The notes under the pieces were generated by a model that saw only the letters and a list, made by a program, of their open reading frames with translations, had not been told where the DNA came from and searched no databases. Made by a program: the position numbers and the translations under genes. From NCBI GenBank assembly GCA_041740355.1, contig JBGSMD010000030.1, positions 32,001-96,000 on the forward strand: a DNA stretch of 64,000 nt, read 5' to 3'. Source of the DNA: Bdellovibrionota bacterium (GTDB taxonomy: Bacteria > Bdellovibrionota_C > UBA2361 > CALJRW01). Below, piece by piece: positions 30,343 to 41,216 of the stretch. Positions within the stretch are counted from its first letter, which is position 1, and every line of letters starts with the position of its first letter.

Positions 30343-30660
30343 TATCGCGGGAGTTTTTAGTTCTTTTCAAAATTTTAGCCGAATGTAATGAGGGTAAATT
30401 TTAGAAAAGACTAACCGCGCCAAAGCAATTTTTAATTGCGACGGCGGGTTGTTTGCATATGAGGATCTCTATGCAATTTCAACACAACCCATACTTGCCA
30501 CGCCAAAGCAAATTCCAAATTGCGGCGGCGGGTTGTGTCTCAAACAAAATCCGTAATACAAAGTTCCTGATGTCGCTACAGGGCGAGAACCTGTTGCGTA
30601 GCATACAGGACATAGTTTCGGGGAAAAATGCGAAGCATTTTTGGACCCCTGTAGCGCCCA
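30343..30660. mobile_element. Putative non-autonomous tRNA-associated element bounded by a 14-bp direct repeat of the tRNA-Val 3' end
   Basis: CCCTGTAGCGCCCA at 30326-30339 and 30647-30660; inverted T-arm copy at 30574-30594; two internal REP-like repeats at 30418-30452 and 30501-30536. Confidence 0.55.
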
Positions 30661-30788
30661 AAATAACTTAAGTACCTAATTTGAATCGATTATAATTCAA
30701 TTTGCATCAAAATAATCACTTACATTCATAACTTATAATAAGCTCTATAGGTTTAAATTGTTGTTAAATTTTCAGGTTCGTTGAGGTC

Positions 30789-33700
30789 ATGGACAATTTT
30801 AGAAAAAATAGTGGTCCTAAGAATTCCCAGATGCATTTCGGCTTACTAAGCATATTAGCGTTTATCTGCTTATTAGTATTTTTGGGCTCACCCAATTTCT
30901 CCTTATTCCAAAATACAGAAGATCTAGCCAAGGAATCTTCTGATCTAGAAGAATTTACATTACCAAGCAAAGAGATTGCCAGCGCTCTTAATATCAGTGT
31001 CTGTAGTAATGAATTGATGGAAGAAGCATCAGAAAAATCTGGAGAATCCAAGAAGCTCTTTGGTGGGCTAAGCAATTTTCAGACACGTCTCTTAAAGAGT
31101 TTTAACAAAGATAGTTTTGAAAAGTTAGTTGGAGATATTAAAAACTTTCAATCCCAAATTACTACTAAAAATTGTTTACCACCATTAGTCGTTGGTGGAA
31201 CACCTGTTCCCTTAGAAGTTGGTGTTAAACTTTTACTTGATGAACAAATAATTACTTGTGGATTTACTCCCCAACTAAATCCTGGTCATGGTAATACCGG
31301 ATATTTAATTAGTGACTCCATAAATAATTATATTTCATTTTTAGCTAGTAATAAAGTTGTTAAGAAGTCAGAGAAGAAGTTACGTAATTTAGAAGCTAAA
31401 CGTGATAAGTTAAGAAGTAGTAATAATAAAGTTAATTTAAAAGAAATTAATAATGAGATCCTCAAGACTCAATTAGCTAAATCTTATGCCGACTTTTATA
31501 ATAAATATGGACAACTTTTGGCAACTGTTTACGAATCTGTATGTGTTGATGTGCAAGATTTAACTAGTCCAAGTATTCCGACAGGACTCAGTTTTGCAGC
31601 TTCTACTAAGGAATTATCATGGGGTGGAAGTGCTGATAGTTACATAGTTTATTTAAGTAGTGACCAAGGGGTAAGTTATCAGAAATTAGTCAGGACAAAT
31701 AATAAGAAAGTAGTATTATCAAATTTATCTAAAAATTATGACTATTTGATCAAAGTTGTAGCCATACAAGCTTTACAGAAGATCAGTTTAGTTTCAGATT
31801 ACTCCCAAGTACTTAAGGTTAGAATTAAACCTCTTCCCGAAGTAGGAACAAAACCGACACCAAATGTTAGTCCATCTCCTAAGATGACTCCAAGTCCTAC
31901 CCCATTAGCGTCAAGTAGTCCACGACCAACAGCTACCGCAAGTCCAAATCCTACTGTCATGCCATCACCAAGTATTATTTTAGCTCCCAAAATTCTTTCT
32001 CCCACAAGCAATTATGTTGATGCGGTTAATGGAGAAGTAACTCTTAGTTGGTCAGTGGTGGATGATGCCATTGGTTATTTAGTAAGAGTTGATGAAATTA
32101 GTAATGATACTCGAACTAGAGTTTTTAATTCAGATAATTATTTGGAGACATCTTACAACTTAGATGTTGATTATAATAAGACATATGAATTTTGGGTTCA
32201 TTCTAAGGCTAGTAATTTTGATATTAATAACGAGGATACATATAGTGAAAAAGCAGTAAGAGTATTTACTGTTAATAAGCAAGTAGCTACGCCTAAACCT
32301 TCTCCAACTGCGACACCTAGTCCTACCCCAAAAGTGACGCCATCACCGACTAGTACTCCAAGACCAACTGCGACACCTAGTTCTACTCCAAAAGTGACGC
32401 CATCGCCGACTACTACTCCAAGACCAACTGCGACACCTAGTCCTACTCCAAAAGTGACGCCATCACCAACTAGTACTCCTAGACCAACTGCAACTCCCGC
32501 ACGATTTACAGATCCAATTATTTCACCACCTATTAGTAGAAATGTTGTTGCAATAAACAATCAGGTCGAGGTTCGTTGGAATCCAGTGACAGATTCAGAC
32601 GGCTATTTACTAAGGGTAGATAAGATCGTTAATAATACGCGAACTCGAATATTTACTTCTGAAAATTATGCTTTTACCTCATATCCAGTATCGGTTCAAA
32701 ATAATACAACATATGATTTATGGGTACATTCCAAAACAGCAAATTTTGATTACAATAACCTGGCTTCTTATAGCGAAGCAGTGCATGTAATTTTTACGGT
32801 AACAGGTTCAACCTCTACACCATCTCCATCACCGACGAGTACTCTAGCGCCACCAGCGACTCCAGTTAACAATTGCATTGGTGAATCAACTCAAAGTTGC
32901 ACGATTACAAATGGCACTGGATTAAAAACTAGAAGTTGTGCAGCAAATAATAATTGGTCAGATTGGTCTACTTGTTCAGTTGTTAGCTGTAATAGTGGCT
33001 ATGCTTCGAATGGAACAGCTTGTAATGCGACTGGCAGTGTTACAATGAATGTTGGTGCCCCACAGCTATTATTAAGTAATTTTAATACAAGTCACTTCTC
33101 TGACATGTCTTCACCAACTCTAAGAAAGTCAGCTACTGAGTTTTATACTTGGACTGGAAACGGAGATTATTCATTTAAAAAATTTAGTGGAACTTTAGCT
33201 AATCCATTTCAGACACAAATTTGGTCTGACACTAATAAACGTTGGGATTATACAGGAATTAAATTTGATTTAGGCGGTGTCACTCCAACTGGCCAGACTT
33301 ATTATCGGCCGTGGATGGCAAATGTTTATAAGCATCCAGATGGAACTTTAATTGGGTTTGTACATATCGAAACTGCAGTTTACGATGATAAAGCTAGATG
33401 TCGCTATAGACAAGGAATCGCAATTTCAACAAATGGCGGTGATAACTGGAAATATGTTGGAGATGTTCTTAAGCCACAGTTCGATGGATTCTCAAATTTA
33501 GGTGGTACGCCGTTGTTAATAGTTGGGGATTACTTTTATCAATACTTTAATGAAGTACCAAATGGTAGTCCAAGGATTCCAGCTGTTGCTCGTGCTAAAA
33601 TTACTGAAGTAGTAAATGCAGCTAAGTTAGGTACTGTTAGTCCTTGGAAAAAATATAATAATGGCAATTGGAATCAAGATGGTTTGACAGGAGTCGCATC

Positions 33701-34733
33701 TAATATTACTCCTTACCCAGATAGGTATGATATGCATACGGATGCTGTATATAGTGCGGCACTTGGAAAATATTTGCTTGTTGCCTGGGAACAGGTTGGG
33801 TATGAATATGCTGATAATCCAGCCAAAGGAAGAAAATTTGGGGAAATTTATCCTGATAATAGAGGACTTTATATTTATACATCGACTGATGGTGTCAATT
33901 GGGGAAACCGAGTTAAAGCCTATACTCCAGTTAATGCCAAAGAAGAAAATCCTTATCCATTTTTTGGTGGACTAGAAGCTGGATCTTCAGATGATTTTAA
34001 TGTGTTGGGTGGTAATTTCTTTTTATATTTTCCGGATCGAATTAATCATAAATTTTTCCGAATTCCGATCACTTTTTCAGGAGTAAGTTCAAGTAAAGCA
34101 CCAAGTACCGTCAAAAAAATTATGCCCTTAGGTGATTCTATTACCTATGGGACTTTTCCTGGAGGTTACCGTAAGGATCTTGCAAATTACTTATCAACTA
34201 ATGGAATAAATTTTGACTATGTTGGAGCGTCACAATTAAATCCTGCTAACGGAGTTGACCCAGATCATAATGGTTACCCAGGGTATCGTACGGATCAAAT
34301 ACTGTCTAAATTGCCAAGTTGGTTAGCTCTAAATCCCGAAATGGTTCTCCTACATTTAGGAACAAATGACTTAATGCAGGGAAAAACGACTAGCTTTGCA
34401 ATCAATAATCTAAAATCGATTATTAATTTAATAACGACCAATGCTCCACATCGAAGAGTATATGTGGCAACGATAGTTCCAATAATTAATGCTGGGGATC
34501 GAACACCCGCACCTGGGGTTGTCGAAAGTTACAATGCGCAGATACGTAATTTAGTTCAAACTTCTGTGAATGAGGGTCGTAAGGTAACACTTGTCGATAT
34601 GAATAATTCTGCAATCTTTCCAGTTAATCCCATTATGAATGCCGCTCAGCCCGGAGATGGAATTCATCCGGGTCAACAAGGATATACGGAAATGGCTAAG
34701 TTATGGATGGCTGCAATTCGAAGTTATCTATAA
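30789..34733 (+). CDS. Large exported multidomain protein: FN3-like domains, Pro/Thr linkers, Cys-rich TSP1-like module, Asp-box beta-propeller, C-terminal SGNH/GDSL hydrolase
   Basis: N-terminal hydrophobic segment; WSDWSTC; STNGGDNW and STDGVNW Asp-boxes; GDSIT, GTND and DGIHP SGNH blocks. Confidence 0.85.
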   Translation: MDNFRKNSGPKNSQMHFGLLSILAFICLLVFLGSPNFSLFQNTEDLAKESSDLEEFTLPSKEIASALNISVCSNELMEEASEKSGESKKLFGGLSNFQTRLLKSFNKDSFEKLVGDIKNFQSQITTKNCLPPLVVGGTPVPLEVGVKLLLDEQIITCGFTPQLNPGHGNTGYLISDSINNYISFLASNKVVKKSEKKLRNLEAKRDKLRSSNNKVNLKEINNEILKTQLAKSYADFYNKYGQLLATVYESVCVDVQDLTSPSIPTGLSFAASTKELSWGGSADSYIVYLSSDQGVSYQKLVRTNNKKVVLSNLSKNYDYLIKVVAIQALQKISLVSDYSQVLKVRIKPLPEVGTKPTPNVSPSPKMTPSPTPLASSSPRPTATASPNPTVMPSPSIILAPKILSPTSNYVDAVNGEVTLSWSVVDDAIGYLVRVDEISNDTRTRVFNSDNYLETSYNLDVDYNKTYEFWVHSKASNFDINNEDTYSEKAVRVFTVNKQVATPKPSPTATPSPTPKVTPSPTSTPRPTATPSSTPKVTPSPTTTPRPTATPSPTPKVTPSPTSTPRPTATPARFTDPIISPPISRNVVAINNQVEVRWNPVTDSDGYLLRVDKIVNNTRTRIFTSENYAFTSYPVSVQNNTTYDLWVHSKTANFDYNNLASYSEAVHVIFTVTGSTSTPSPSPTSTLAPPATPVNNCIGESTQSCTITNGTGLKTRSCAANNNWSDWSTCSVVSCNSGYASNGTACNATGSVTMNVGAPQLLLSNFNTSHFSDMSSPTLRKSATEFYTWTGNGDYSFKKFSGTLANPFQTQIWSDTNKRWDYTGIKFDLGGVTPTGQTYYRPWMANVYKHPDGTLIGFVHIETAVYDDKARCRYRQGIAISTNGGDNWKYVGDVLKPQFDGFSNLGGTPLLIVGDYFYQYFNEVPNGSPRIPAVARAKITEVVNAAKLGTVSPWKKYNNGNWNQDGLTGVASNITPYPDRYDMHTDAVYSAALGKYLLVAWEQVGYEYADNPAKGRKFGEIYPDNRGLYIYTSTDGVNWGNRVKAYTPVNAKEENPYPFFGGLEAGSSDDFNVLGGNFFLYFPDRINHKFFRIPITFSGVSSSKAPSTVKKIMPLGDSITYGTFPGGYRKDLANYLSTNGINFDYVGASQLNPANGVDPDHNGYPGYRTDQILSKLPSWLALNPEMVLLHLGTNDLMQGKTTSFAINNLKSIINLITTNAPHRRVYVATIVPIINAGDRTPAPGVVESYNAQIRNLVQTSVNEGRKVTLVDMNNSAIFPVNPIMNAAQPGDGIHPGQQGYTEMAKLWMAAIRSYL
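32304..32491 (+). repeat. Intragenic 60-bp tandem repeat (~3 copies) encoding [20 protein letters not shown]
   Basis: Near-identical units with period 60 starting at 32304, 32364, 32424 and a partial unit at 32484. Confidence 0.9.
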
Positions 34734-34748
34734 TTTTATAAGAAGAAA

Positions 34749-35432
34749 CTATTCTTGGAGATTTTCAGTATTCCCAGAAAAATCTTTCAAAAGTCTAAAT
34801 CCTGTGCCAAAAATTCTTTTAATATATTCAGTTAGCTGCCCACGATTTCTTAATTTATCACCTTCATTTAGGCGGAGTGCAATAGCCTGTCTCAAATCAT
34901 TATTTTCTAGTTGGTCGGCTAGTCTATTTACCAAGGGGATCCCACTAGCCGAAATATAGTGAGGAAGATAATCTTTACAAAAGGCAAAGTTTCGCAGGCG
35001 TATTCCCTTTGCAACTTCTCTTAAATATTCTTGATTATTTAATAAAATTCTAACATCATAATCTGGGATTCTTTCTAACTGCTCGGCTAATGTTCTGAAG
35101 TTTCCAGAACCAAAAGTTTCTTCTGTTAATTTAATTAATTTTTGATCCTTTGAAAATATTCCATCCGTTGCTATCTCCCTAGTAAAGGGGAATAAGTTTG
35201 CCTCTCTAAGATTGCTCGCGATATTTAACAAAAGTTGTTCAGTTTTGGAACCTAATAATCTTATGGGAGTACTCTCACGGTGGAAGTCAATTTTTAGCGA
35301 GAGCTCCACAAGTTCGTGCGGACCTATCTCCAGATTGTTTAATTTAATTGGTGCAAAAACTTCCGAAGTTAAATCAAGTCTAATAAATTGCGGATACGAT
35401 TGATCCAACTGTTCTTCTAAATCGGGAAACAT
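34749..35432 (-). CDS. Hypothetical protein
   Basis: 227-aa ORF converging on the large exported protein; no motif recognised. Confidence 0.6.
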   Translation of the reverse strand: MFPDLEEQLDQSYPQFIRLDLTSEVFAPIKLNNLEIGPHELVELSLKIDFHRESTPIRLLGSKTEQLLLNIASNLREANLFPFTREIATDGIFSKDQKLIKLTEETFGSGNFRTLAEQLERIPDYDVRILLNNQEYLREVAKGIRLRNFAFCKDYLPHYISASGIPLVNRLADQLENNDLRQAIALRLNEGDKLRNRGQLTEYIKRIFGTGFRLLKDFSGNTENLQE

Positions 35433-35722
35433 TATTGAGTGTATAAATTTTAACCGTGAAACTCTACCTAATAAATGTTCTTAGTCAATTTTGCTCGCTT
35501 TGTTGGATAATTATAAGAAATTATTGTTTTAAAAGAGAAGTTTTCTTATGACAGCAATGAATAAAACAAATAATTAAATTGAAAGGATTAAAAGATAGAA
35601 TCAAGATAGAAATGTTTTAAAGGTGAGAAATTTAACCTGCTTTTTTTTGTCTAGTTGCTTAGATAGTGCTGTTAGTTGGCATAATTCACTGAACAACAGT
35701 ATCTAAGCTTCTTAGCGTTTTA

Positions 35723-35867
35723 TATAGTTATGACAAAAACTAATTTCCGAATATTTAAAAGTTAGTTTTGTGATTTTTGTCATAACCGTATGATTTTATA
35801 ACGCTTGCGGGGGATAGTAAGCCCCAAAAAATAATTCCGAACGGAAATTACTTTTTGGACTTACTAT
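35723..35867. repeat. MITE-like double-hairpin element, copy 2 (inverted relative to 6198-6343)
   Basis: TATAGTTATGACAAAAA..TTTTTGTCATAACCGTA then GGGGGATAGTAAGCCCCAAAAAATAATTCC..GGAAATTACTTTTTGGACTTACTAT. Confidence 0.8.
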
Positions 35868-35885
35868 ATAATTTTAATTTAGGGA

Positions 35886-36455
35886 TTAGAAGCTAACTTT
35901 AGGAGCAACTTTTGCAGCAGCTGCTTCTCCTGCATCAAGCTCAAAGAATTCTTTAATAGTGAATCCACCAATTCCAGCAACAATATTATTAGGTACTTGC
36001 TGAACGCTAGTATTGTATTCACCGACTGAGTCATTATAATGCTGTCGGGCAAAACTTATTCTATTTTCTGTGGAAGTAATTTCTTCCTGAAGTTGAGCAA
36101 AATTTTGATTTGCTTTTAAATCTGGATAGCTTTCAGATACAGCAAAAAGTTGTCTCAAGGCTCCTGTTAATTGGTTTTCTGCAGCAGCTTTCTCGGCCAT
36201 ATTGGAAGAGCCTAGAGTTGAAGCAGCATTTCTCGCAGCAATAACTTTTTGTAATGTTTCTTGTTCGTGACTGGCATAACCCTTAACAGTTTCTACTAAG
36301 TTTGGAATTAAGTCATATCGGCGTTTCAATTGCACATCAATTTGTGACCAAGCATTTTCACAAGCAATTCTTTTTCTTACAAGCGTGTTGTAAATAGCCA
36401 TGAAACTGAGGACTAGCACAACTACTGCGGCAATAACTATTAAGACAATAGACAT
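35886..36455 (-). CDS. lemA: LemA family protein
   Basis: AWSQIDVQLKRRYDLIPNLVETVKGY, YPDLKANQNF, ENRI.FAR..YN. Confidence 0.96.
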   Translation of the reverse strand: MSIVLIVIAAVVVLVLSFMAIYNTLVRKRIACENAWSQIDVQLKRRYDLIPNLVETVKGYASHEQETLQKVIAARNAASTLGSSNMAEKAAAENQLTGALRQLFAVSESYPDLKANQNFAQLQEEITSTENRISFARQHYNDSVGEYNTSVQQVPNNIVAGIGGFTIKEFFELDAGEAAAAKVAPKVSF

Positions 36456-36973
36456 TAGTTTTCTCCTAAAACTTTGATTGTTACAGAATCTTCGGCTGTA
36501 AACTCTGGTTGATTAATATCAAATTCCCGACTGTTACTAATTAGCGGATCATCGACATCAGCATCAACTTCCAGTTGTCCACCTTTTAAATCATTTAATG
36601 CTCTCAATTGAACTTCTAGCGTTGCTTCATCGAAGTCTTCGAAGTTCTCAGAGGAAATAAAGAACACTAAATAGTTTTCTCCATCTGCTGTTTGATTGAA
36701 GTTGGGAGTGGCATCTTCAGGATCATCTTGAAAGTCAATTGTTGCGGAAGAAGGGACATACGATAGGCTATCTGGGTAGCGGATCTTAATTATTAAATCA
36801 TTAAGATTTGTGTCCGAGATCTTAATTTGTACCCGAAGCCGATCACCAGTATCAATAGTAGTTGGTGTCACCTCAAGTTGAACGTTTGCTGCACCGATAA
36901 AATCAGTGTCGTCGCTTCCACTACTACCGCAGGAAGATAGTAAGGCTATAAAAATTAGTAATAAATATTTCAT
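36455..36973 (-). CDS. Acidic lipoprotein, probable Ig/cohesin-like beta-sandwich
   Basis: LSSC lipobox; beta-strand pattern; 1-nt overlap with lemA. Confidence 0.65.
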   Translation of the reverse strand: MKYLLLIFIALLSSCGSSGSDDTDFIGAANVQLEVTPTTIDTGDRLRVQIKISDTNLNDLIIKIRYPDSLSYVPSSATIDFQDDPEDATPNFNQTADGENYLVFFISSENFEDFDEATLEVQLRALNDLKGGQLEVDADVDDPLISNSREFDINQPEFTAEDSVTIKVLGEN

Positions 36974-37176
36974 TAATCTCAGATCTTAGAATTAAGCAAT
37001 ACATTACCTTTGAGAGTTTATTTTGACAACTATAATAGCACAAGAATTAGCTTATTTCGACTAAAATAACTTACAAAATATCAGACTTCGAGATTGAGTT
37101 TTAAGAAAAGCTGAGTGTTGGAGCGTAGATCCATCTTAGGTTGATCTCTTTAAGTCTTTTCGGTAACTTTCACCAG

Positions 37177-38949
37177 ATGAGTGAACCCAAAAAAATCCTA
37201 TTAGGCTTAAATATAGTCTGTGTCTTAGCAATGATCGCCTATTTGGTATTATTTGGTTACAGCCTTTCTCCATATTGGTTTCATCAAGACTGGGTTACCG
37301 ACGATAGCTTTCAGCAGATTTATCCCTTCCTAAAAGTTCATCAACCAGAATTATTTGCAGGAGATTTAATCACTGATGTGATGGAAGGATATTTAGCCCC
37401 GGCGCATTATTGGCTAGCCTACGGAATCACTTATTTAACAGGCAGTCCAATTATGATGAGTCATTGGATGATGCTGCTTCAAGTAGGATTAAGCGTTACC
37501 TTTTTATTTTGCTTTGTAAAAAAAATTGCTGATTTGCCTTCAGCCTGCCTAGCTACTATTTGGTTTGTAAATACTAGAACTTTAATACAGCGAATGACGG
37601 GAGGGTTGCCCCGTGGTTGGGCTCCAGTAATAATTTGTGGATTTTTATATTTTTTAAGTCGCCGCAATCATTACGCCGTACTTGTACTCTTACTAATTGG
37701 TTGCTTACTTAATCCTCCCGCAACCATTGTCGTAGCACTGACCTATGGGATTTTCCTTTTTGTAAACTTATTCACTAAAGAGCGAGAGATTTTCATCAAG
37801 CCGTTTATAGTTTTATTATTACTTAGTCCTTTATATGTATTTGTGACTGCTCAAGTTGTAAAACGTCCAGAAAGTGTTGGGCAAATGGTGACTTACGAAC
37901 AAGCATTGAAATTGCCTGAGATGCAAAGACCAGATGGTCGTTTTCCATTTGCACCACTTTTAGATTTACCAACTGAATTAAAACTTTATGCCTTTGATGC
38001 TTTTAAGCATCGATTATCAAACGGATTTGCTTGGCAGCGAGAGTATTGGATCGGAAGCGTAAAGTTTTTTAAAGATAATGGAGCATTTTTCTTTCTGCAA
38101 ATTTTCAATTTAATATTAATAATTGCACTTATTAAAAGAAAATCAGCAGTAGGCTTAGAATTATTATGTTATTTTTCTGGGATAGTTATAGTTTATCTAT
38201 TGTCACGATTACTAGCTTTTAATCTTTATGTACCAGATCGGCATTTATTAATTCCACTGGGTATATTTTGGATTACTGCCTTTAGCAGTCTCATTACGAG
38301 AACATTTGCAAAGCAAATAGGGGATACCTTTCAACAAACTAAAACTTCACTTTGTTTGTTGATACTATTAGGATTTCTAATTGCGCTTAGCAATGGTCAT
38401 GGAATGTATGGAACTGCAAACTTTAATTATTCTTTGTATAAAAAGGGCAAAGTCTTCTCCTGGATTCGAAAGAACACTCGCCCAGAAGTTTTAATCGCAG
38501 GGCATCCACAGCATCTTGATGCTTTAATGTTATTTGGAGAAAGAAAAGGGTACATTACCTATGAAACCTCGCACCCTTTTTACTCAAAGTATTTTACTGA
38601 ATGTTTAAGGAGAAATGAAATTAGTCTTAATGCTCATTATGCTAAGACGCTTCAAGAAGTTTATGATCTGCTAGCTCCTGAAAAAATTGATTATTTTGTT
38701 TTTGATCGCAAACGTTTTTATCCTGAGAAGTTGGCAAATGAGAAATATTTTGCACCATTAAATCTTATGGTTAAGGAATTAACTTCTCGGGACTATCAAG
38801 ACTATGCCTTTAAAAAGATCCCTCGTGAAGTTAATGCTGCTCAGTTTCCTTATTTAGTGTTTAGAGATGATTTTTCAGTGATGATTGATGTTGCTAAGCT
38901 TGGTCAGTATTTAAAAACTATTCAATTAGAGCAGAATGCTAAGATTTAA
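37177..38949 (+). CDS. Multi-pass membrane protein, probable GT-C glycosyltransferase
   Basis: DD motif in first loop (VTDD), about 11 TM segments, PDRH, W.RKNT..E C-terminal domain; ATG 37177 preferred. Confidence 0.65.
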   Translation: MSEPKKILLGLNIVCVLAMIAYLVLFGYSLSPYWFHQDWVTDDSFQQIYPFLKVHQPELFAGDLITDVMEGYLAPAHYWLAYGITYLTGSPIMMSHWMMLLQVGLSVTFLFCFVKKIADLPSACLATIWFVNTRTLIQRMTGGLPRGWAPVIICGFLYFLSRRNHYAVLVLLLIGCLLNPPATIVVALTYGIFLFVNLFTKEREIFIKPFIVLLLLSPLYVFVTAQVVKRPESVGQMVTYEQALKLPEMQRPDGRFPFAPLLDLPTELKLYAFDAFKHRLSNGFAWQREYWIGSVKFFKDNGAFFFLQIFNLILIIALIKRKSAVGLELLCYFSGIVIVYLLSRLLAFNLYVPDRHLLIPLGIFWITAFSSLITRTFAKQIGDTFQQTKTSLCLLILLGFLIALSNGHGMYGTANFNYSLYKKGKVFSWIRKNTRPEVLIAGHPQHLDALMLFGERKGYITYETSHPFYSKYFTECLRRNEISLNAHYAKTLQEVYDLLAPEKIDYFVFDRKRFYPEKLANEKYFAPLNLMVKELTSRDYQDYAFKKIPREVNAAQFPYLVFRDDFSVMIDVAKLGQYLKTIQLEQNAKI

Positions 38950-41197
38950 TTTGCTACAATTTATTGTGATCTTTTTGATTGCTAGCCTTGTGGCATTTAT
39001 GGCTTTGGGTACGGCCTACCCCAAGATATATTCACCTTTAGATCCGCAAGGTGCCTTTTCTAAGATTGATTACGATCGCTGGATTATTGATGGGGCTGAA
39101 ATTCGCTTTAATAATCTTTTAGCTAGGGGAAATCGTATTACTTTTCATTTCAGTGAATGGCACCCGGAGAATTTACCCAAGCCTCAAGTTCAGGTTTTTG
39201 TTTGTGATCAGCTAGCTAGTCAATTTGAAGTGACCCCGGGACTTAAGCAAGATGTTTTCTTAAAGGGTTCCTGTGAGCCAAGAGTGATTAGACTTCAAAG
39301 TAGTAATGCTTTTGTAGCAAGTGCGAGCGACCTTCGACCATTAATTGCTAAATTAGATTATCTTGAACTTAAGGGGAAAGGCGGATTGGTATATTCCAGT
39401 TTAGTAAAAACTATTCAATTAGCTAGTTTTGTTTTTTTAATTGCGATCTTGGCGATTGCTATTGTTCCTGGATTCCTTGGCTGGCTCTTGGCGTTAGTAG
39501 TAATCCTTGGGTCATATCTACTAATCTGTAAATATTATTTTCTAAACTTACAAGTCTTAGGGAACTTCTATTTTTGCTTAGGATTATTTTTTATTGGACT
39601 ACTAGTTGCTAAGTTAAACTTGCGGACAAGTTTGCAGTTCCCATATTTCCCAAGATTAACAACTAATAGTTTTTTATTAATTACTGCTGCTTTTATTTTG
39701 GGGGCAGTTCTTCGTTTCTATGACATCGATTTTGGTTTGCCTGCTAACTTTCACCCAGATGAAGTCCCTAAGTATAATGCGATTGAGCGGATGCGCTACC
39801 ATGATGATTTTAATCCCAGGTATTTTTTACACCCAACACTCTTATTATATAGCGCCTATTTCTTTAATGTAATCTTACGTTTTTTTACTAATCCGGAAAT
39901 TCCTTGGATGGAGACGCTGATCTTAGCGGGTAGAATGATGAGTGCGACTGCAGGCAGTTTAAGCATTATTTTAACTGCTTTAATTGCTTGTAAATTATTT
40001 AACAAATCAGCGGGAGTAATTAGTGCTTTTTTAATTGCTGTTTTCCCTTTGCATGTAACTTGTTCACGCTATCTAAAAGAAGATGCACTATTAGTTTTTT
40101 TTATTCTTTTAGCTGTTTATTTTGTAGTTCGAAGTATTCAGGAAGATAGAGCAGGCGGATTATTACTTGCCGGATTAGCTGCTGGTTTTAGCGCCTCAGT
40201 AAAATACACCGGCATAGTCTCCGTAATGATCTTAGTCGGAGCTCCATTTTTACGATCTGAAACATTAATACCTAATAAACATTTTTTGAAATGGACTGTT
40301 CGAGCAATCTTTATTTTACCATTAGGCTTTTTGTTGGCCTCGCCTTATACCTTGCTAGATTTAGGAAAATTCCTTCAAGACTTTAATTATGAACGTAGCC
40401 ATATGGCTACTGGGCATGATGGATTAATTACAGCCGGATCTCAAATATGGACTTATCATTTAATGAGAAGCCTTTGGAATGGGATGGAGCCTTTAACATT
40501 AGCATTCGGAGTTATTTCACTAGGATATTTACTTTACCAAAAGAAAATCAAGTATTGGTATCTGATTGCGCTGTTTTTGCTTTATTATATTCCAGCGGAG
40601 TATGTTAAGGCGAAGCCAGCACCACAGCCAGAGCGTTATGTTATGCCTTGTTTGCCATTTATCGCGATTGCTATAGGAGTAATGTTTAGTGAGTTAATTA
40701 AGACTTCGAGTTCACAATTTCGAAAGATTTTCTTGATTCTTTTACTAGCAGTGGCGCTACTTTTCCCTAGCATTCGGTCGATGCGCTTAGCGCAAGATTT
40801 AAAACCAGATACGCGCGATCTAATGGCGGTCTGGATTGAACAAAATGTATCCAAAGGAAGTAAACTCTTAATCGATTTGCCTGCCTATCAAGCGCAATTA
40901 GCTAAGGATCATTTCCAGGTTACTGAATTAACTAGAAATTCCATTTTAGAAGAATTAAGTCCTGAATCACTTCGTGCCACTAATGCTGATTATTTATTAT
41001 TATCTAGTTTGTTCTACGATCGTTACTTTTCTCAGCCTGGTATCTCGCCTCATCTCAGAAGTATTATTCGCAACGTCTTTAATACTTTTCCTGTTGTGAA
41101 GGAATTTGAAGCTAAGTCTGGTACCTATGGATTTAATAATCCTAAGTTAACTTTATTAAAGCTTTCTCCAAAGGAACCAACTAATTTAAAAAATTAG
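38936..41197 (+). CDS. GT-C glycosyltransferase (ArnT/PMT-like)
   Basis: LRFY.IDFGLP..FHPDE, SRYLKED, SVKY, ERYVMP. Confidence 0.85.
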   Translation: MLRFNLLQFIVIFLIASLVAFMALGTAYPKIYSPLDPQGAFSKIDYDRWIIDGAEIRFNNLLARGNRITFHFSEWHPENLPKPQVQVFVCDQLASQFEVTPGLKQDVFLKGSCEPRVIRLQSSNAFVASASDLRPLIAKLDYLELKGKGGLVYSSLVKTIQLASFVFLIAILAIAIVPGFLGWLLALVVILGSYLLICKYYFLNLQVLGNFYFCLGLFFIGLLVAKLNLRTSLQFPYFPRLTTNSFLLITAAFILGAVLRFYDIDFGLPANFHPDEVPKYNAIERMRYHDDFNPRYFLHPTLLLYSAYFFNVILRFFTNPEIPWMETLILAGRMMSATAGSLSIILTALIACKLFNKSAGVISAFLIAVFPLHVTCSRYLKEDALLVFFILLAVYFVVRSIQEDRAGGLLLAGLAAGFSASVKYTGIVSVMILVGAPFLRSETLIPNKHFLKWTVRAIFILPLGFLLASPYTLLDLGKFLQDFNYERSHMATGHDGLITAGSQIWTYHLMRSLWNGMEPLTLAFGVISLGYLLYQKKIKYWYLIALFLLYYIPAEYVKAKPAPQPERYVMPCLPFIAIAIGVMFSELIKTSSSQFRKIFLILLLAVALLFPSIRSMRLAQDLKPDTRDLMAVWIEQNVSKGSKLLIDLPAYQAQLAKDHFQVTELTRNSILEELSPESLRATNADYLLLSSLFYDRYFSQPGISPHLRSIIRNVFNTFPVVKEFEAKSGTYGFNNPKLTLLKLSPKEPTNLKN

Positions 41198-41216
41198 GTT
41201 ACGTGAAAAGTTATTT

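Noticed and set aside
30453-30671. Short ORFs on both strands after tRNA-Val
   Set aside because: They coincide with the repeat/hairpin element and show no integrase, excisionase or nuclease motifs.
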